Shown one piece after another: positions 50,925-61,856 of a stretch of 64,000 nucleotides of DNA. A program made the position numbers and the translations under genes. The notes beneath the pieces were generated by a model that had not been told where the DNA came from, did not search any database, and was given only the letters and a program-made list of their open reading frames with translations. The DNA comes from Spirochaetia bacterium. GTDB lineage: Bacteria > Spirochaetota > Spirochaetia > CADAEX01. How positions within the stretch are numbered: position 1 is the first letter of the stretch; the number at the start of each line of letters is the position of its first letter. The DNA is taken from assembly GCA_963662795.1 (NCBI GenBank), contig OY759746.1:1376001-1440000 (forward strand), in the 5' to 3' direction.

Positions 50925-51966
50925 AAACAGCAGAATATATGTAGCCGGGCACAGCGGACTTGTGGGGTCAGCTCTTGTAAGGCGTCTTACTGCCGGCGGA
51001 TATGAAAATATAATAACAAAAAAACACGCAGAACTTGATCTTACAAGGCAGAGTGATGTTGAGGTATTCTTTGAAAATGAAAAACCTGAATATGTTTTTC
51101 TTGCAGCAGCCAGGGTAGGGGGAATAAAGGCCAACAGTACTTACAAGGCAGATTTTATTTATCAGAACACAATGATAGCAGCCAATGTTATACATGGAGC
51201 TTATAAATCCGGAGTAAAAAAGCTTTTAAACCTGGGATCATCCTGTATCTATCCCAAATATGCTCCTCAGCCGATGAAAGAGGAGTATCTCTTAACCGGG
51301 GAACTTGAAAGCACCAATGAACCCTACGCAATCGCGAAAATATCTGCCATTAAGCTTTGCAGATATTATAACGAACAGTACGGAACAAACTATATTTCTG
51401 TAATGCCGACAAATCTTTACGGCCCTGAAGATAATTTCAATCTTGAGACATCCCATGTGCTTCCAGCCCTGTTAAGGCGTATATACCTGGGGAAGCTCCT
51501 GATGGAAGAAAATCTGAAGAAAATCAGAGAAGATTTTAATTTAAATGAAAAAACAGACAAGTATACAAAGATATCTGATAAAGAACTGGAAAGTCATTTG
51601 AATAAACATCTTATTTATAAAGATAAAGTTATAATATGGGGAACGGGAGAACCTTACAGGGAATTTTTATACTCAGATGATCTTGCCGATGCATGTGTTT
51701 TTCTGATGGAAAATCATGATGCGCAGAACATTGGTGAGTTCATAAATATCGGCACAGGATGCGACCTTAAGATAAAAGACCTTTCCCGGCTTATTAAAAA
51801 GATAACAGGCTATATTGGATCACTTGAATTTGATCCCTCAAAGCCGGACGGCACACCTAAAAAGCAGCTTGATGTATCAAGGTTAAACGCGCTTGGATGG
51901 AGGGAGTCTGTTACTCTTGAACAAGGTATTACTAAAGTCTTCAGCAGTTTTTCAAAGCATTACTGA
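50917..51966 (+). CDS. fcl: GDP-L-fucose synthase
   Basis: [38 protein letters not shown]. Confidence 0.94.
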   Translation: MNKNSRIYVAGHSGLVGSALVRRLTAGGYENIITKKHAELDLTRQSDVEVFFENEKPEYVFLAAARVGGIKANSTYKADFIYQNTMIAANVIHGAYKSGVKKLLNLGSSCIYPKYAPQPMKEEYLLTGELESTNEPYAIAKISAIKLCRYYNEQYGTNYISVMPTNLYGPEDNFNLETSHVLPALLRRIYLGKLLMEENLKKIREDFNLNEKTDKYTKISDKELESHLNKHLIYKDKVIIWGTGEPYREFLYSDDLADACVFLMENHDAQNIGEFINIGTGCDLKIKDLSRLIKKITGYIGSLEFDPSKPDGTPKKQLDVSRLNALGWRESVTLEQGITKVFSSFSKHY

Positions 51967-52008
51967 TTAGTTTAATAACAATAATTAAAGGTGATAAAAA
52001 TACATTAT

Positions 52009-52860
52009 ATGGATGAAGTAAAAGAAAACTGGACAACAATTATCAAACCTAAAGACAGTCTATTGCATCTTAATCTGGGTGATTTATGGAAATATAAAGA
52101 TCTTATAAGGATGTTTATTCACAGAGATTTTGTAACATACTATAAGCAGACAATATTAGGACCGTTGTGGTTTATAATTCAGCCCCTTTTCACATCAGGG
52201 ATGTTTACCCTGATATTCGGGCGCGTTGCAAACATATCAACTGATAAAATACCGCATATGCTTTTTTATATGTCAGGAGTTATAAATTGGAGTTATTTTT
52301 CAGAATCACTCACAAAAACTTCAAACTCCTTTACTGCTAATGCTGGAATATTCGGCAAAGTTTATTTTCCCCGCCTTACAGTACCTGTCGCAAATATTAT
52401 AACAAATATGCTCAGATATTTTATACAGTATATAATCTTTCTTGTTTTCTACTTTGTATTTTGGTTAAAAGGCTCGCCAGTAACACCCAACTGGATGATA
52501 GTTCTCACACCATTGCTGCTTATATATATGGCACTTTTAAGCCTTGGATACGGTCTCTGGATATCCGCTGTTACCACAAAATACAGAGATCTAAATTTTG
52601 CACTTCCATTTGTTGTACAGCTTTGGATGTATGCAACACCTGTAGTTTATCCGCTGTCGCTTATTCCTGATAAGTTCAAGCTTATTATGTCTTTAAACCC
52701 GATGGTTCCGGTAATTGAAATATTTAGAAAAGCATATCTTGGCGCAGGTACAATAAATATCTTCCATACGGGATTAAGCGTTTTGTTAATGATTATAATC
52801 TTATTTACTGGAATAATAATTTTCAACAATACTGAAAAAACATTTATGGATACGGTTTAA
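52009..52860 (+). CDS. wzm: ABC-2 permease of O-antigen/glycan exporter
   Basis: RDF...YKQT.LG..W, KVYFPR, RD, TPVVYP, NPM. Confidence 0.9.
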   Translation: MDEVKENWTTIIKPKDSLLHLNLGDLWKYKDLIRMFIHRDFVTYYKQTILGPLWFIIQPLFTSGMFTLIFGRVANISTDKIPHMLFYMSGVINWSYFSESLTKTSNSFTANAGIFGKVYFPRLTVPVANIITNMLRYFIQYIIFLVFYFVFWLKGSPVTPNWMIVLTPLLLIYMALLSLGYGLWISAVTTKYRDLNFALPFVVQLWMYATPVVYPLSLIPDKFKLIMSLNPMVPVIEIFRKAYLGAGTINIFHTGLSVLLMIIILFTGIIIFNNTEKTFMDTV

Positions 52861-52864
52861 AAGC

Positions 52865-54121
52865 ATGGGTGAAACAGTAATTAAAGTAGAAAATCTTTAT
52901 AAAGAATATAAATTAGGTGTAATTAACCATGGAACATTACATAAGGATTTACAATCTTGGTGGGCAAAGATTCGAGGGAAGGAAGATCCAAATTCTCTTA
53001 TTTCTACAAATCATATACAGGAAGCTGAAAAGGATAGTTTTCTTGCGCTTGACGATGTTTCTTTTGAGATAAAAGCAGGTGAGCGGATTGGTATTATTGG
53101 AAAAAATGGAGCAGGAAAATCTACTCTTCTTAAAATTATTTCGCGTATTACTACACCAACAAGAGGAGAGATAAAAATTAAAGGAAGAATAGGATCTCTT
53201 CTTGAGGTAGGAACAGGATTTCATCCTGAACTTACGGGACGAGAAAATATATATTTAAATGGTGCAATTCTGGGTATGAACAGGAAAGAAATTGATCGTA
53301 AGTTAGATGAAATTATTGATTTTGCAGGAATTGAAAAACACATTGATACACCTGTAAAAAGATATTCAAGTGGTATGAATGTTCGTCTTGGTTTTGCAGT
53401 AGCGGCACATCTTGAACCTGAAGTTCTTGTTGTTGATGAAGTTCTTGCGGTGGGTGATGCTGAATTTCAGAAAAAAGCACTTGGCAAAATGGAAAATGTA
53501 AGTAAAGGTGACGGTAGGACAATTCTTTTTGTAAGTCATAACATGGGGGCTGTAAGAAAATTATGTAGTAAGGGATTTTTATTAGATAATGGGATGAAAA
53601 CAGTTGAAGATAATATTGATATTGTAGTTGATAAATATCAGCAAAAAAATAATAAAAACAAAACATTTTTTACTCCTATTTACATTGAAGAAATAGATAT
53701 TCTTGTTACAAAAATATCATTAAATGAGGATAATAATGGTAAAATATTTCCATTTAAACCATTAAAAATTGATATTGAAATTGATGCAAAAAGAGAAGTT
53801 AACAATATTGGTATACAAATTCTATTATCAAATGACCAAACAGAAGGTCAAATATTTTCAAGTAATACAAAACAGACAAAAGGCTTAGATGTTATTATAA
53901 AAAAAGGATTTAATAAGATTACATGCTTAATCGATAGCTTTAAATTGTGCTCTGGTAAATATACTTTTGGTTTTGCAATAGATATTCCATTTGTTAAATT
54001 TTATTTTCTTGATTTAAATTTATTTACAATTGATGTTGAAGAAGTAATTATCGAGGGAGGAAGGCTTCCTACATTACCATCTTATGGACATGTCTATTTG
54101 GATCATCATTGGGAATTATAA
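52865..54121 (+). CDS. wzt: ABC ATPase of glycan exporter with C-terminal carbohydrate-binding-like domain
   Basis: GKNGAGKSTL, YSSGM, DEVLAVGD, SH; C-terminal beta-rich extension. Confidence 0.9.
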   Translation: MGETVIKVENLYKEYKLGVINHGTLHKDLQSWWAKIRGKEDPNSLISTNHIQEAEKDSFLALDDVSFEIKAGERIGIIGKNGAGKSTLLKIISRITTPTRGEIKIKGRIGSLLEVGTGFHPELTGRENIYLNGAILGMNRKEIDRKLDEIIDFAGIEKHIDTPVKRYSSGMNVRLGFAVAAHLEPEVLVVDEVLAVGDAEFQKKALGKMENVSKGDGRTILFVSHNMGAVRKLCSKGFLLDNGMKTVEDNIDIVVDKYQQKNNKNKTFFTPIYIEEIDILVTKISLNEDNNGKIFPFKPLKIDIEIDAKREVNNIGIQILLSNDQTEGQIFSSNTKQTKGLDVIIKKGFNKITCLIDSFKLCSGKYTFGFAIDIPFVKFYFLDLNLFTIDVEEVIIEGGRLPTLPSYGHVYLDHHWEL

Positions 54122-55092
54122 TGGATAAATTAGGTATCCTACTTAAGTCATATAGAAATGATCTCAAATATGTCGAAAGTTTAATAATTTCTTATCATAT
54201 GTATAATGCTGATAATATTCCATTGTATTTAATAGTCCCTGAATCAGACATAAATATTTTTAAAAAGTATAAAGATAAAAATATTAGTTTATTAAGTGAA
54301 AAACTATTTGAAGATATATTAACGATAGAATCAGTTAATGGCTTTTCCCCCGGATATATAAATCAGCAAATTATAAAACTGGCCTTTTGGGAAAAAAATT
54401 ATTGTGAGAATTATTTTTGTCTAGATTCAGATGGATTATTTATACGTAATTTTTATTTAACTGATTTTATGTTTGATGAAAATACACCGTATACAATATT
54501 AGTTGAAGATAATGAATTAAAGGTCGAACCTGAATATTATAAAGCATATTGGAAACCAAGAGAAGAAAAAATCAGGATAATTCAAAATGAATTAGGATTA
54601 GTAGATAATAGAATGTTAACATGTCATGGAATGACAATTTTATCATCTAAAATACTAAAGTCATTTAAAGAACAATTTCTTATTCCAAATCATTATACAT
54701 ATATTAATTTACTTGAAATAGCTCCTTATGAATTCTCTTGGTACAACATGTGGCTCCAGAAAACAGAAGGTATATCAATAAAATTTAGAGAACCAATATT
54801 TAAAGTTTTTCATAATGAAAATCAACTTAGAGAGTATTTTCATAAAAATATCACAATTGATGATATAGCAAGAGGATATATTGGAATAATTATTAATTCT
54901 AATTGGCAAGATAACAAATCTAATAATAATCCAATAGATTATAAAAAATATGCATCTGAAAGGAAAAGATCGGAGGAATATTTAATTGAAAAATATAAGT
55001 TTGATATATTGATAAATGCAATCTTTGGAAAATTAAAATTAAAATTAAAAAAAATTATTAAATACTTATTAAAAATAAAGGTAATAAAATGA
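54121..55092 (+). CDS. Putative glycosyltransferase-like protein (DUF6492-like)
   Basis: KSY..D, GYINQQIIKL, LDSD motifs; glycan locus context. Confidence 0.6.
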   Translation: MDKLGILLKSYRNDLKYVESLIISYHMYNADNIPLYLIVPESDINIFKKYKDKNISLLSEKLFEDILTIESVNGFSPGYINQQIIKLAFWEKNYCENYFCLDSDGLFIRNFYLTDFMFDENTPYTILVEDNELKVEPEYYKAYWKPREEKIRIIQNELGLVDNRMLTCHGMTILSSKILKSFKEQFLIPNHYTYINLLEIAPYEFSWYNMWLQKTEGISIKFREPIFKVFHNENQLREYFHKNITIDDIARGYIGIIINSNWQDNKSNNNPIDYKKYASERKRSEEYLIEKYKFDILINAIFGKLKLKLKKIIKYLLKIKVIK

Positions 55093-55853
55093 AAAAAATA
55101 TTTTTTAAAATTATTAAATATATTGAGATCTTAACAAAAACTAAAATAATTATAAAAAAAACTAATAGGAATAGTGTAAATTCAAAAGCTGCGTCAACTG
55201 GTGAATCAATGTCAGACTTTTGTAGTATGCTTGAAAATCTTTCAATAATAATTCCAAAAAATGTTTTTGAGATAGGGGCAAATTTTGGTCAAGATGCAGA
55301 ATATTTAAGAAAAAGATTTAATCTTGATAAATCCGATATATATATTTTTGAACCACATCCTCAGATAATTAAAGAGGCAGATAAAATATATGGATTTAAT
55401 AGTTATGGTTTAGCAATATCAAATAAAAATGGGAAAATGAATTTTAATGCTATTAACTTAGATAAAAATACAAATTCAGGAATATCTTCATTAAGAGAGC
55501 ATAAATTTAACAAAAATCAAGATTATAATAAAATTGAAGTTGAAGTAATGAGAATGGATTTATTTATAAAGAATAATAATATAACTTCAATCGATTTTTT
55601 AAAAATTGATGTTGAAGGAGCAACTTATGAGGTATTGATGGGATTCGGTAGTGAACTAAAGATATTAAAAGCAATTCATCTTGAAGCAGAAAATACTGAA
55701 GTTTGGAAAGGACAATATTTATTTAGAGACATATATAAATTATTAACAGAAAATGATTTTGAATTAGTAAGCTATGAACTTAAAGATAGTATTCAGTCTG
55801 ATTCTTTTTGGATAAAGAAAAATTTACTTAAAACACGTTACATAAATAAATAG
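55089..55853 (+). CDS. FkbM-family methyltransferase
   Basis: FEIGANFG, FEP, IDFLKIDVEG. Confidence 0.88.
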   Translation: MKKIFFKIIKYIEILTKTKIIIKKTNRNSVNSKAASTGESMSDFCSMLENLSIIIPKNVFEIGANFGQDAEYLRKRFNLDKSDIYIFEPHPQIIKEADKIYGFNSYGLAISNKNGKMNFNAINLDKNTNSGISSLREHKFNKNQDYNKIEVEVMRMDLFIKNNNITSIDFLKIDVEGATYEVLMGFGSELKILKAIHLEAENTEVWKGQYLFRDIYKLLTENDFELVSYELKDSIQSDSFWIKKNLLKTRYINK

Positions 55854-55861
55854 GAAATTAT

Positions 55862-57091
55862 ATGTATACAGAAATCAAAAATTGTAGAATATGTAAGAGT
55901 AAGAAATTAAATACAATTTTATCATTAGGTGATCAATTTCTTACAGGTGTTTTTCCAAAAACGCCTGATGATAAAATATCAAAAGGGCCTTTGGATCTTG
56001 TTAGATGCTCAAATTGTGGTTTGTTGCAAATGAAACAATCTTATAATATTGATGAAATGTATGGAGAAAATTACGGGTACAGATCAAGCTTAAATTCATC
56101 AATGGTTAAACATCTACAGCAAAAAATACATAAATTGGAAAACATTGTTGCATTAAAAGAAGATGCTCTAGTTTTAGATATTGGTAGTAACGATGCAACA
56201 TCTTTAAAATCTTATTCTGGTAAACATAAAAAAATTGGTATTGATCCGACAGGGTATAAATTTAAGGAATATTATACAGATAATATAGTATTAATACCTG
56301 ATTTTTTTTCAGCAGATATATTTAATAGAGAATTTTTAAATAAAAAAGTTAAAATCATTACATCAATAGCCATGTTTTATGACTTAGAAGATCCTGTTTC
56401 ATTTGTTAAAGATGTTGAATCAATTTTGTCTGAAGATGGAATATGGCATTTTGAACAGAGTTATATGCCTAGTATGTTAAGAACTAATTCTTATGACACT
56501 ATTTGTCATGAACATTTGGAATTCTATTCCTTTAAAGTTGTAAAAAATCTATTAGAAAAATATAATTTAAGAATAATTGATGTACAGATGAATTCCATAA
56601 ATGGAGGTAGTTTCGCTGTAACTGCCTGTAAAAAATCTTCAAAGTATAAATCAAATACTCCAATTATTAATTGGCTTTTAAGGCAAGAAGAAATTATGGG
56701 CCTAGATACTATTACGCCATATAAGTTATTTCGTAAAAAAGTATTTCAACATCGTAATAGTATTAATGAATTAATTAAATCATTAGTAGCAGATGGCAAA
56801 TTGATTATAGGGTATGGCGCAAGTACAAAAGGTAATGTATTATTACAATTTTGCAATTTAACAAGAAATGAGATCCCATTTATAGCAGAAGTAAATGAGG
56901 ATAAATTTGGTTCATATACTCCTGGGACTAAAATTCCCATTATATCTGAAAAAGAAGCAAGAAATATGAATCCAGATTATTTTTTTGTTTTACCATGGCA
57001 TTTTAAAAATGGAATAATTGAGAGAGAAAGTGAATTCATATCTAAAGGTGGTAAATTTATTTTTCCATTACCTGAAATTGAGATTGTTTAA
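55862..57091 (+). CDS. NDP-hexose C-methyltransferase (TylC3/NovU/TcaB9-like)
   Basis: Zn site CRIC...CSNC, YGYRS, DIGSNDA, HEH, YGA..KG, W.F. Confidence 0.88.
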   Translation: MYTEIKNCRICKSKKLNTILSLGDQFLTGVFPKTPDDKISKGPLDLVRCSNCGLLQMKQSYNIDEMYGENYGYRSSLNSSMVKHLQQKIHKLENIVALKEDALVLDIGSNDATSLKSYSGKHKKIGIDPTGYKFKEYYTDNIVLIPDFFSADIFNREFLNKKVKIITSIAMFYDLEDPVSFVKDVESILSEDGIWHFEQSYMPSMLRTNSYDTICHEHLEFYSFKVVKNLLEKYNLRIIDVQMNSINGGSFAVTACKKSSKYKSNTPIINWLLRQEEIMGLDTITPYKLFRKKVFQHRNSINELIKSLVADGKLIIGYGASTKGNVLLQFCNLTRNEIPFIAEVNEDKFGSYTPGTKIPIISEKEARNMNPDYFFVLPWHFKNGIIERESEFISKGGKFIFPLPEIEIV

Positions 57092-57094
57092 TTT

Positions 57095-57973
57095 ATGAAA
57101 GTATTAATATTTGGAATTAATGGTCAAGATGGATACTATCTTAACCAATTGATGACAAAAATGAATATTGATGTAATTGGAATATCTCATAAAAAAAATA
57201 ATTGGATTAGTGGAGATGTTGGGAATTTTATATTTGTAGAAGAATTAATTAAAAAGTATCAACCTGAATATATTTTTCATTTTGCAGCAGTGTCTACTAC
57301 TGAACATTCTGCTTTATTTGATAACCATAATGCAATAAGTACTGGAACTTTAAATATATTAGAAGCTGTAAAGATTCACTCAAGGAAGTCAAAAATATTT
57401 TTGTCTGGAAGTGCAATGCAGTTTATTAATAATGGTAAACCAATTGATGAAAAGACTCCATTTGATGCAAGTAGTCCTTACTCAATTTCGAGAATACACT
57501 CTGTATACGCAGCAAGGTATTATCGTAAAGCTTTTGGCATAAAAGTTTATGTAGGTTTTTTTTTTAACCATGATAGTCCATTTCGTACTTCTAGACATAT
57601 AAATAAAAAAATTACTGAATCTGTTTTAAAAATAGCTGATGGGAGTTTTGAGAAATTAGAAATTGGAAATCTAAATGTACAAAAGGAATTTAATTTTGCC
57701 GGTGACATTGTCGAAGCTGTATGGATTTTGGTTAATCAGGATGAAATATTTGAAGCAGTAATTGGATGTGGTAAAACATATAGTATTAAAGATTGGATTG
57801 AGTATTGTTTTAAAAAAATTAATAAAGATTGGAAGTATTTTGTTGATTTAAAACAAGATTACCATGCAGAATATGATACATTAGTAAGTAATCCTAGATT
57901 GATTTTTAGTTTGGGTTGGAAACCAAAAGTAAATATTTACGAACTTGCAGATATGATGTTGGAACAAAAATGA
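57095..57973 (+). CDS. Gmd/Rmd-like SDR, probable NDP-4-keto sugar reductase
   Basis: GINGQDG, FNHDSP; the Gmd STSE is replaced by SGSAM and YxxxK by YSISR. Confidence 0.75.
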   Translation: MKVLIFGINGQDGYYLNQLMTKMNIDVIGISHKKNNWISGDVGNFIFVEELIKKYQPEYIFHFAAVSTTEHSALFDNHNAISTGTLNILEAVKIHSRKSKIFLSGSAMQFINNGKPIDEKTPFDASSPYSISRIHSVYAARYYRKAFGIKVYVGFFFNHDSPFRTSRHINKKITESVLKIADGSFEKLEIGNLNVQKEFNFAGDIVEAVWILVNQDEIFEAVIGCGKTYSIKDWIEYCFKKINKDWKYFVDLKQDYHAEYDTLVSNPRLIFSLGWKPKVNIYELADMMLEQK

Positions 57974-59193
57974 TAATATTATGTGAACCACAATGTTCCG
58001 GTTATTCACATGAACAATTTAATGCTGGTACATTATATGGTTACTCTTTAGCCTACCCAGATGAAAAAATTATTTTTTTCGCCGAGAAGGAGCATATAAA
58101 ATGTATTCAAAAAATATATAATTTAGCTAATTTATCATTTAAAAATATTGAGTTTTTTGAAATGAACATTCCTGAGTCAAAAAAACTGGCAAGTATTTTA
58201 GTCATTTTTAAATATTATTCACTTTTAAAATATCTGTTAAATTATGCATCTGATAATAATTGTTATAAAATTGCTTTTTTATCAATTTATACTTTCAATT
58301 TATTACCATTAAAATATTTAATCTTTAAATTACGAACTCCTTTTAAATTTAATATTGCTATGCATGGTACATTGGAATTTATAAAGCGAAAAAATATTTT
58401 ATTTCATTCTAATTTTATAAATAAAATAATTAACCGAATCAAAAGTAAATTTAATATAATAACAGAAATTAATAATGCACCTGTAAATAATTTTTTATAT
58501 GAAAAATTATTTACTTTTAGTTTAAAAATACAAAATAAGAATATTAAATATTTTGTTTTTAGAGATGATATCCCTGAAAAAATTAGAATATATTTACCTA
58601 CTATATATCAGCATTTTAAAAGTATTGATCTGCCATATATATTTAAAGATACATATTTTTTAAATAGTGAGGTATTTAAAAAGAAAATTGTATTTGCGAC
58701 AATAGGTCAGGGAGATTTAAATTCTATATATAAAATAGTTGATAATTTATCACAAATATCTAAAATTAGTAATAAATATGAAATTAGAATTATTGGTGGA
58801 AATAATAGAAAAAATATAAGAAATGAATATACTAATGTTGTTCACTATGGTGATAATTTAAGTAGAGATAAGATAGAGCATATTTGTAAAGAAGTAAATT
58901 ATTTTCTATTCTTTTATAATTCAGAATTTTATGAATTGACTACAAGCGGTTCTTTCTTTGATGCAATAGCTTATTGTAAACCAATAATATTCTTAAAAAA
59001 TAATTGTTTTGATTTTTATTATCAAAAATATAATTTCGGATATAGATGTAGTAATATAACAGAAATGATTAATGTTTTAACAAATATTATTGTATTAAAT
59101 GATGCTAATTATAAAAAACATATTTCTGAAATTATTCGCATGCGCAATGATATATCGATTAAAAATAATTATACTAAATTAAAATTTGTATAA
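57970..59193 (+). CDS. Putative GT-B glycosyltransferase (divergent)
   Basis: H..FN N-terminus; Y....SG.FFDAI.Y.KP.I C-terminal GT-B signature. Confidence 0.6.
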   Translation: MIILCEPQCSGYSHEQFNAGTLYGYSLAYPDEKIIFFAEKEHIKCIQKIYNLANLSFKNIEFFEMNIPESKKLASILVIFKYYSLLKYLLNYASDNNCYKIAFLSIYTFNLLPLKYLIFKLRTPFKFNIAMHGTLEFIKRKNILFHSNFINKIINRIKSKFNIITEINNAPVNNFLYEKLFTFSLKIQNKNIKYFVFRDDIPEKIRIYLPTIYQHFKSIDLPYIFKDTYFLNSEVFKKKIVFATIGQGDLNSIYKIVDNLSQISKISNKYEIRIIGGNNRKNIRNEYTNVVHYGDNLSRDKIEHICKEVNYFLFFYNSEFYELTTSGSFFDAIAYCKPIIFLKNNCFDFYYQKYNFGYRCSNITEMINVLTNIIVLNDANYKKHISEIIRMRNDISIKNNYTKLKFV

Positions 59194-59221
59194 AATAATA
59201 TATTTTATCAAGGGAGAAGAG

Positions 59222-59857
59222 ATGAAGAAAATAAAATCAATTATAAAAAAAATGTTACCTCGTTATCTTGTAAATATTCTATGCAAAGTTATTGCAAATA
59301 AAGAAGTATTTCAATGGAAAAGAAATGGTAGGCCGATTCCACCACCGCACAGGGTCAAGCAATTAATAATAGAATATTATCAGAAAAAATATGATATTAA
59401 TATATTAGTTGAAACAGGAACATGTTTTGGAGATATGGTATATGCGCAATTGAATAATTTTAAAAAAATATATTCAATCGAACTTGGAGACGAACTTTGG
59501 AAAAACGCTGTTAAAAGATTTGAAAAATATAAGCATATCTCGATATTGCATGGAGATAGCGGGGTTCTTATGAGAGATTTAATATTAAATATAAATGAAA
59601 GGGCTATTTTCTGGCTGGATGGTCATTATTCTGCAGGCGTAACAGCTAAAGGTAATAAAGAAAGTCCAATTCTGGAGGAACTTAATAGCATATTTATCTC
59701 AAGTATCAATCATATATTGTTGATTGACGATGCTCGTTGTTTCAATGGAACAGGAGATTATCCAACAATTGATGAGCTAAAAGAACTAGTTTTAGCTAAA
59801 AGAAAAAAAAGCAAAATAGAAATAAAAGATGATTGTATCAGAATCGAATTAAAATAA
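59222..59857 (+). CDS. Class I SAM-dependent methyltransferase-like protein
   Basis: VETGT..GD, YSIEL, GDS, FWLDGH, IDDAR. Confidence 0.65.
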   Translation: MKKIKSIIKKMLPRYLVNILCKVIANKEVFQWKRNGRPIPPPHRVKQLIIEYYQKKYDINILVETGTCFGDMVYAQLNNFKKIYSIELGDELWKNAVKRFEKYKHISILHGDSGVLMRDLILNINERAIFWLDGHYSAGVTAKGNKESPILEELNSIFISSINHILLIDDARCFNGTGDYPTIDELKELVLAKRKKSKIEIKDDCIRIELK

Positions 59858-59894
59858 TTTTATATTACAATTTTCATAAGACCAAGGATTAAAT

Positions 59895-60845
59895 ATGCTA
59901 ATAAAAAAAAAAATATTTAAGAAATATTCACAATTACTTTTTTTAATAGATAATAAAAAACTTCATAAGCCAAATTCTAAAGAATTACTTTTAATAAAAG
60001 AGCTTAGGCAAAATTTAAAACTTTTGCCTCAATTGTCTCTGAACATGAATGAAATAAGCAGTGAATGGTACAATTTTGTACAAGAAACATTATTTTTATT
60101 AAACAATTCTGATCCAAGGGAATTTTTACGTTTTGACGTAATAAAAAAAACTATGTTTGTTGGAAATGCAGATTATATAAAAGAAGAACTTAAGTATTTA
60201 AAAAACAATAAATGGAAACGACGGAAAAAAATAATAATAGAAACACGGGTTGGTTGTCCTGCTAGATTTCCATTTTATCCTAAAAGCAGTGCGACTTTAA
60301 TTCATCAAGGCTATCATTGTGCATTATTTGAAGATAAATTAAATGTAAATCTAACAGATGTAGAATATATTTTTGAATTTGGCGGTGGTTATGGAAGTTT
60401 ATGTCGGCTTATTTACAATATGGGATTTAGAGGTAAATATCTAATTTTGGATCTTCCCGTTTTTTCCTGCTTACAGATGTTTTTTTTAAAAATGCTAAAT
60501 ATAGAAGTTGGATTAGATACGTATAATGATGAAAAAAATGTTACATGTATCAATAATGTTGAAATATTAAATGAAATAGTCTCGAAAATAAAAAATAAAA
60601 GAAAAATGTTTATTGCTACTTGGTCAATTAGTGAATCACCTGTTGAGTTAAGAGAAAAAGTATTGGAAATTATAAATAATTTTGATTTGTTTCTTATTGC
60701 TTATCAAAATAACTTTGGTGATAATAATAATATTGATTTTTTTAAAACTTATATTGAAAGTCATAAGCATATAGAATGGCAAAATATTCATATAAATCAT
60801 ATTCCAGGAAATTATTATTTGTTTGGAAAAAAAATAGCTGAATAA
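59895..60845 (+). CDS. Putative sugar O-methyltransferase
   Basis: EFGGGYG, DLP...LQ, ATWSISE.P. Confidence 0.7.
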   Translation: MLIKKKIFKKYSQLLFLIDNKKLHKPNSKELLLIKELRQNLKLLPQLSLNMNEISSEWYNFVQETLFLLNNSDPREFLRFDVIKKTMFVGNADYIKEELKYLKNNKWKRRKKIIIETRVGCPARFPFYPKSSATLIHQGYHCALFEDKLNVNLTDVEYIFEFGGGYGSLCRLIYNMGFRGKYLILDLPVFSCLQMFFLKMLNIEVGLDTYNDEKNVTCINNVEILNEIVSKIKNKRKMFIATWSISESPVELREKVLEIINNFDLFLIAYQNNFGDNNNIDFFKTYIESHKHIEWQNIHINHIPGNYYLFGKKIAE

Positions 60846-60851
60846 TTTAGT

Positions 60852-61799
60852 ATGATAAAAAAAATTGTTTTAAAAATAATTAATCATATTCCGTTTTTTA
60901 AACGATGTTTTCAGTTTCTAAAAAAAAAAGGAATTATTTATTCTCATCCTTTACTTGCTCCAAATATTGATAATAAATTTGTTGGGGTATGGATTCTTGG
61001 AGGTATTGGAAATCAATTGTTTCAATTTGCAACGGGTTATGCCTTGTCTAAAAGAATGGGGGCAACGTTATTATTAGATAGAAATTTTGAAGGATATTTT
61101 AGGCAAGAGGAGTTAAGTAAAATTGGAATAGAAGAAACAAATTGGAATGTCCCTAGTCCGATGATAGATAACAAAAGTAAAAAAAATACATATTCAGTAA
61201 TTACAGAAAAAAGTTTTTCATTTGATTCAAATGTTTTTAATTTAAATAAAAGCTGTTATTTATATGGATATTGGCAATCCCCAAAGTATTTTAAGGATTA
61301 TGAAAATGATATACGTAAAACAATAAATTTTAACAATCTGAAAACTAATGAAATAGAACGTGCTTTAAATGAAATTAATAAAAATACTTCAGTATCAGTT
61401 CATTTGCGAAGAGGTGATTACAATACTAATGCCGGGATTGAAAGTTTTGGCCTTCTGGGTAAAGATTATTATGAAAGAGCTTATAACTTATTATTAAAAA
61501 TATATCCAAATAGTCAGTTTTATGTTTTTTCCGATGATTTGGAGGAGGCAAAAAGAGTATTTACCGAATTTCCTAATTCAGTTCTTATGCCTATTAGAAG
61601 TGCATGTGAGGACATGCTTCTTATGTCAAGTTGCCGACATCATATAATTGCAAATTCAACCTTTTCATGGTGGGGAGCCTGGTTGGGAAAATATTCGGAT
61701 ACAATCACAATTGCTCCCAGGCATTGGTTCACAAAAGAAGCTACAATCAGGCATAAATATCTTTTAGATTTATTTCCAGATGATTGGATTCAATTATAA
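60852..61799 (+). CDS. Alpha-1,2-fucosyltransferase (GT11)
   Basis: GGIGNQLFQ, GYWQS, HLRRGDY, FSDD, IANSTFSWWGA. Confidence 0.92.
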   Translation: MIKKIVLKIINHIPFFKRCFQFLKKKGIIYSHPLLAPNIDNKFVGVWILGGIGNQLFQFATGYALSKRMGATLLLDRNFEGYFRQEELSKIGIEETNWNVPSPMIDNKSKKNTYSVITEKSFSFDSNVFNLNKSCYLYGYWQSPKYFKDYENDIRKTINFNNLKTNEIERALNEINKNTSVSVHLRRGDYNTNAGIESFGLLGKDYYERAYNLLLKIYPNSQFYVFSDDLEEAKRVFTEFPNSVLMPIRSACEDMLLMSSCRHHIIANSTFSWWGAWLGKYSDTITIAPRHWFTKEATIRHKYLLDLFPDDWIQL

Positions 61800-61856
61800 A
61801 TATTCATTAAAAAAGAAATTAAGAGAATATAAAAACCTAAAAAGGATTTTTTATTA

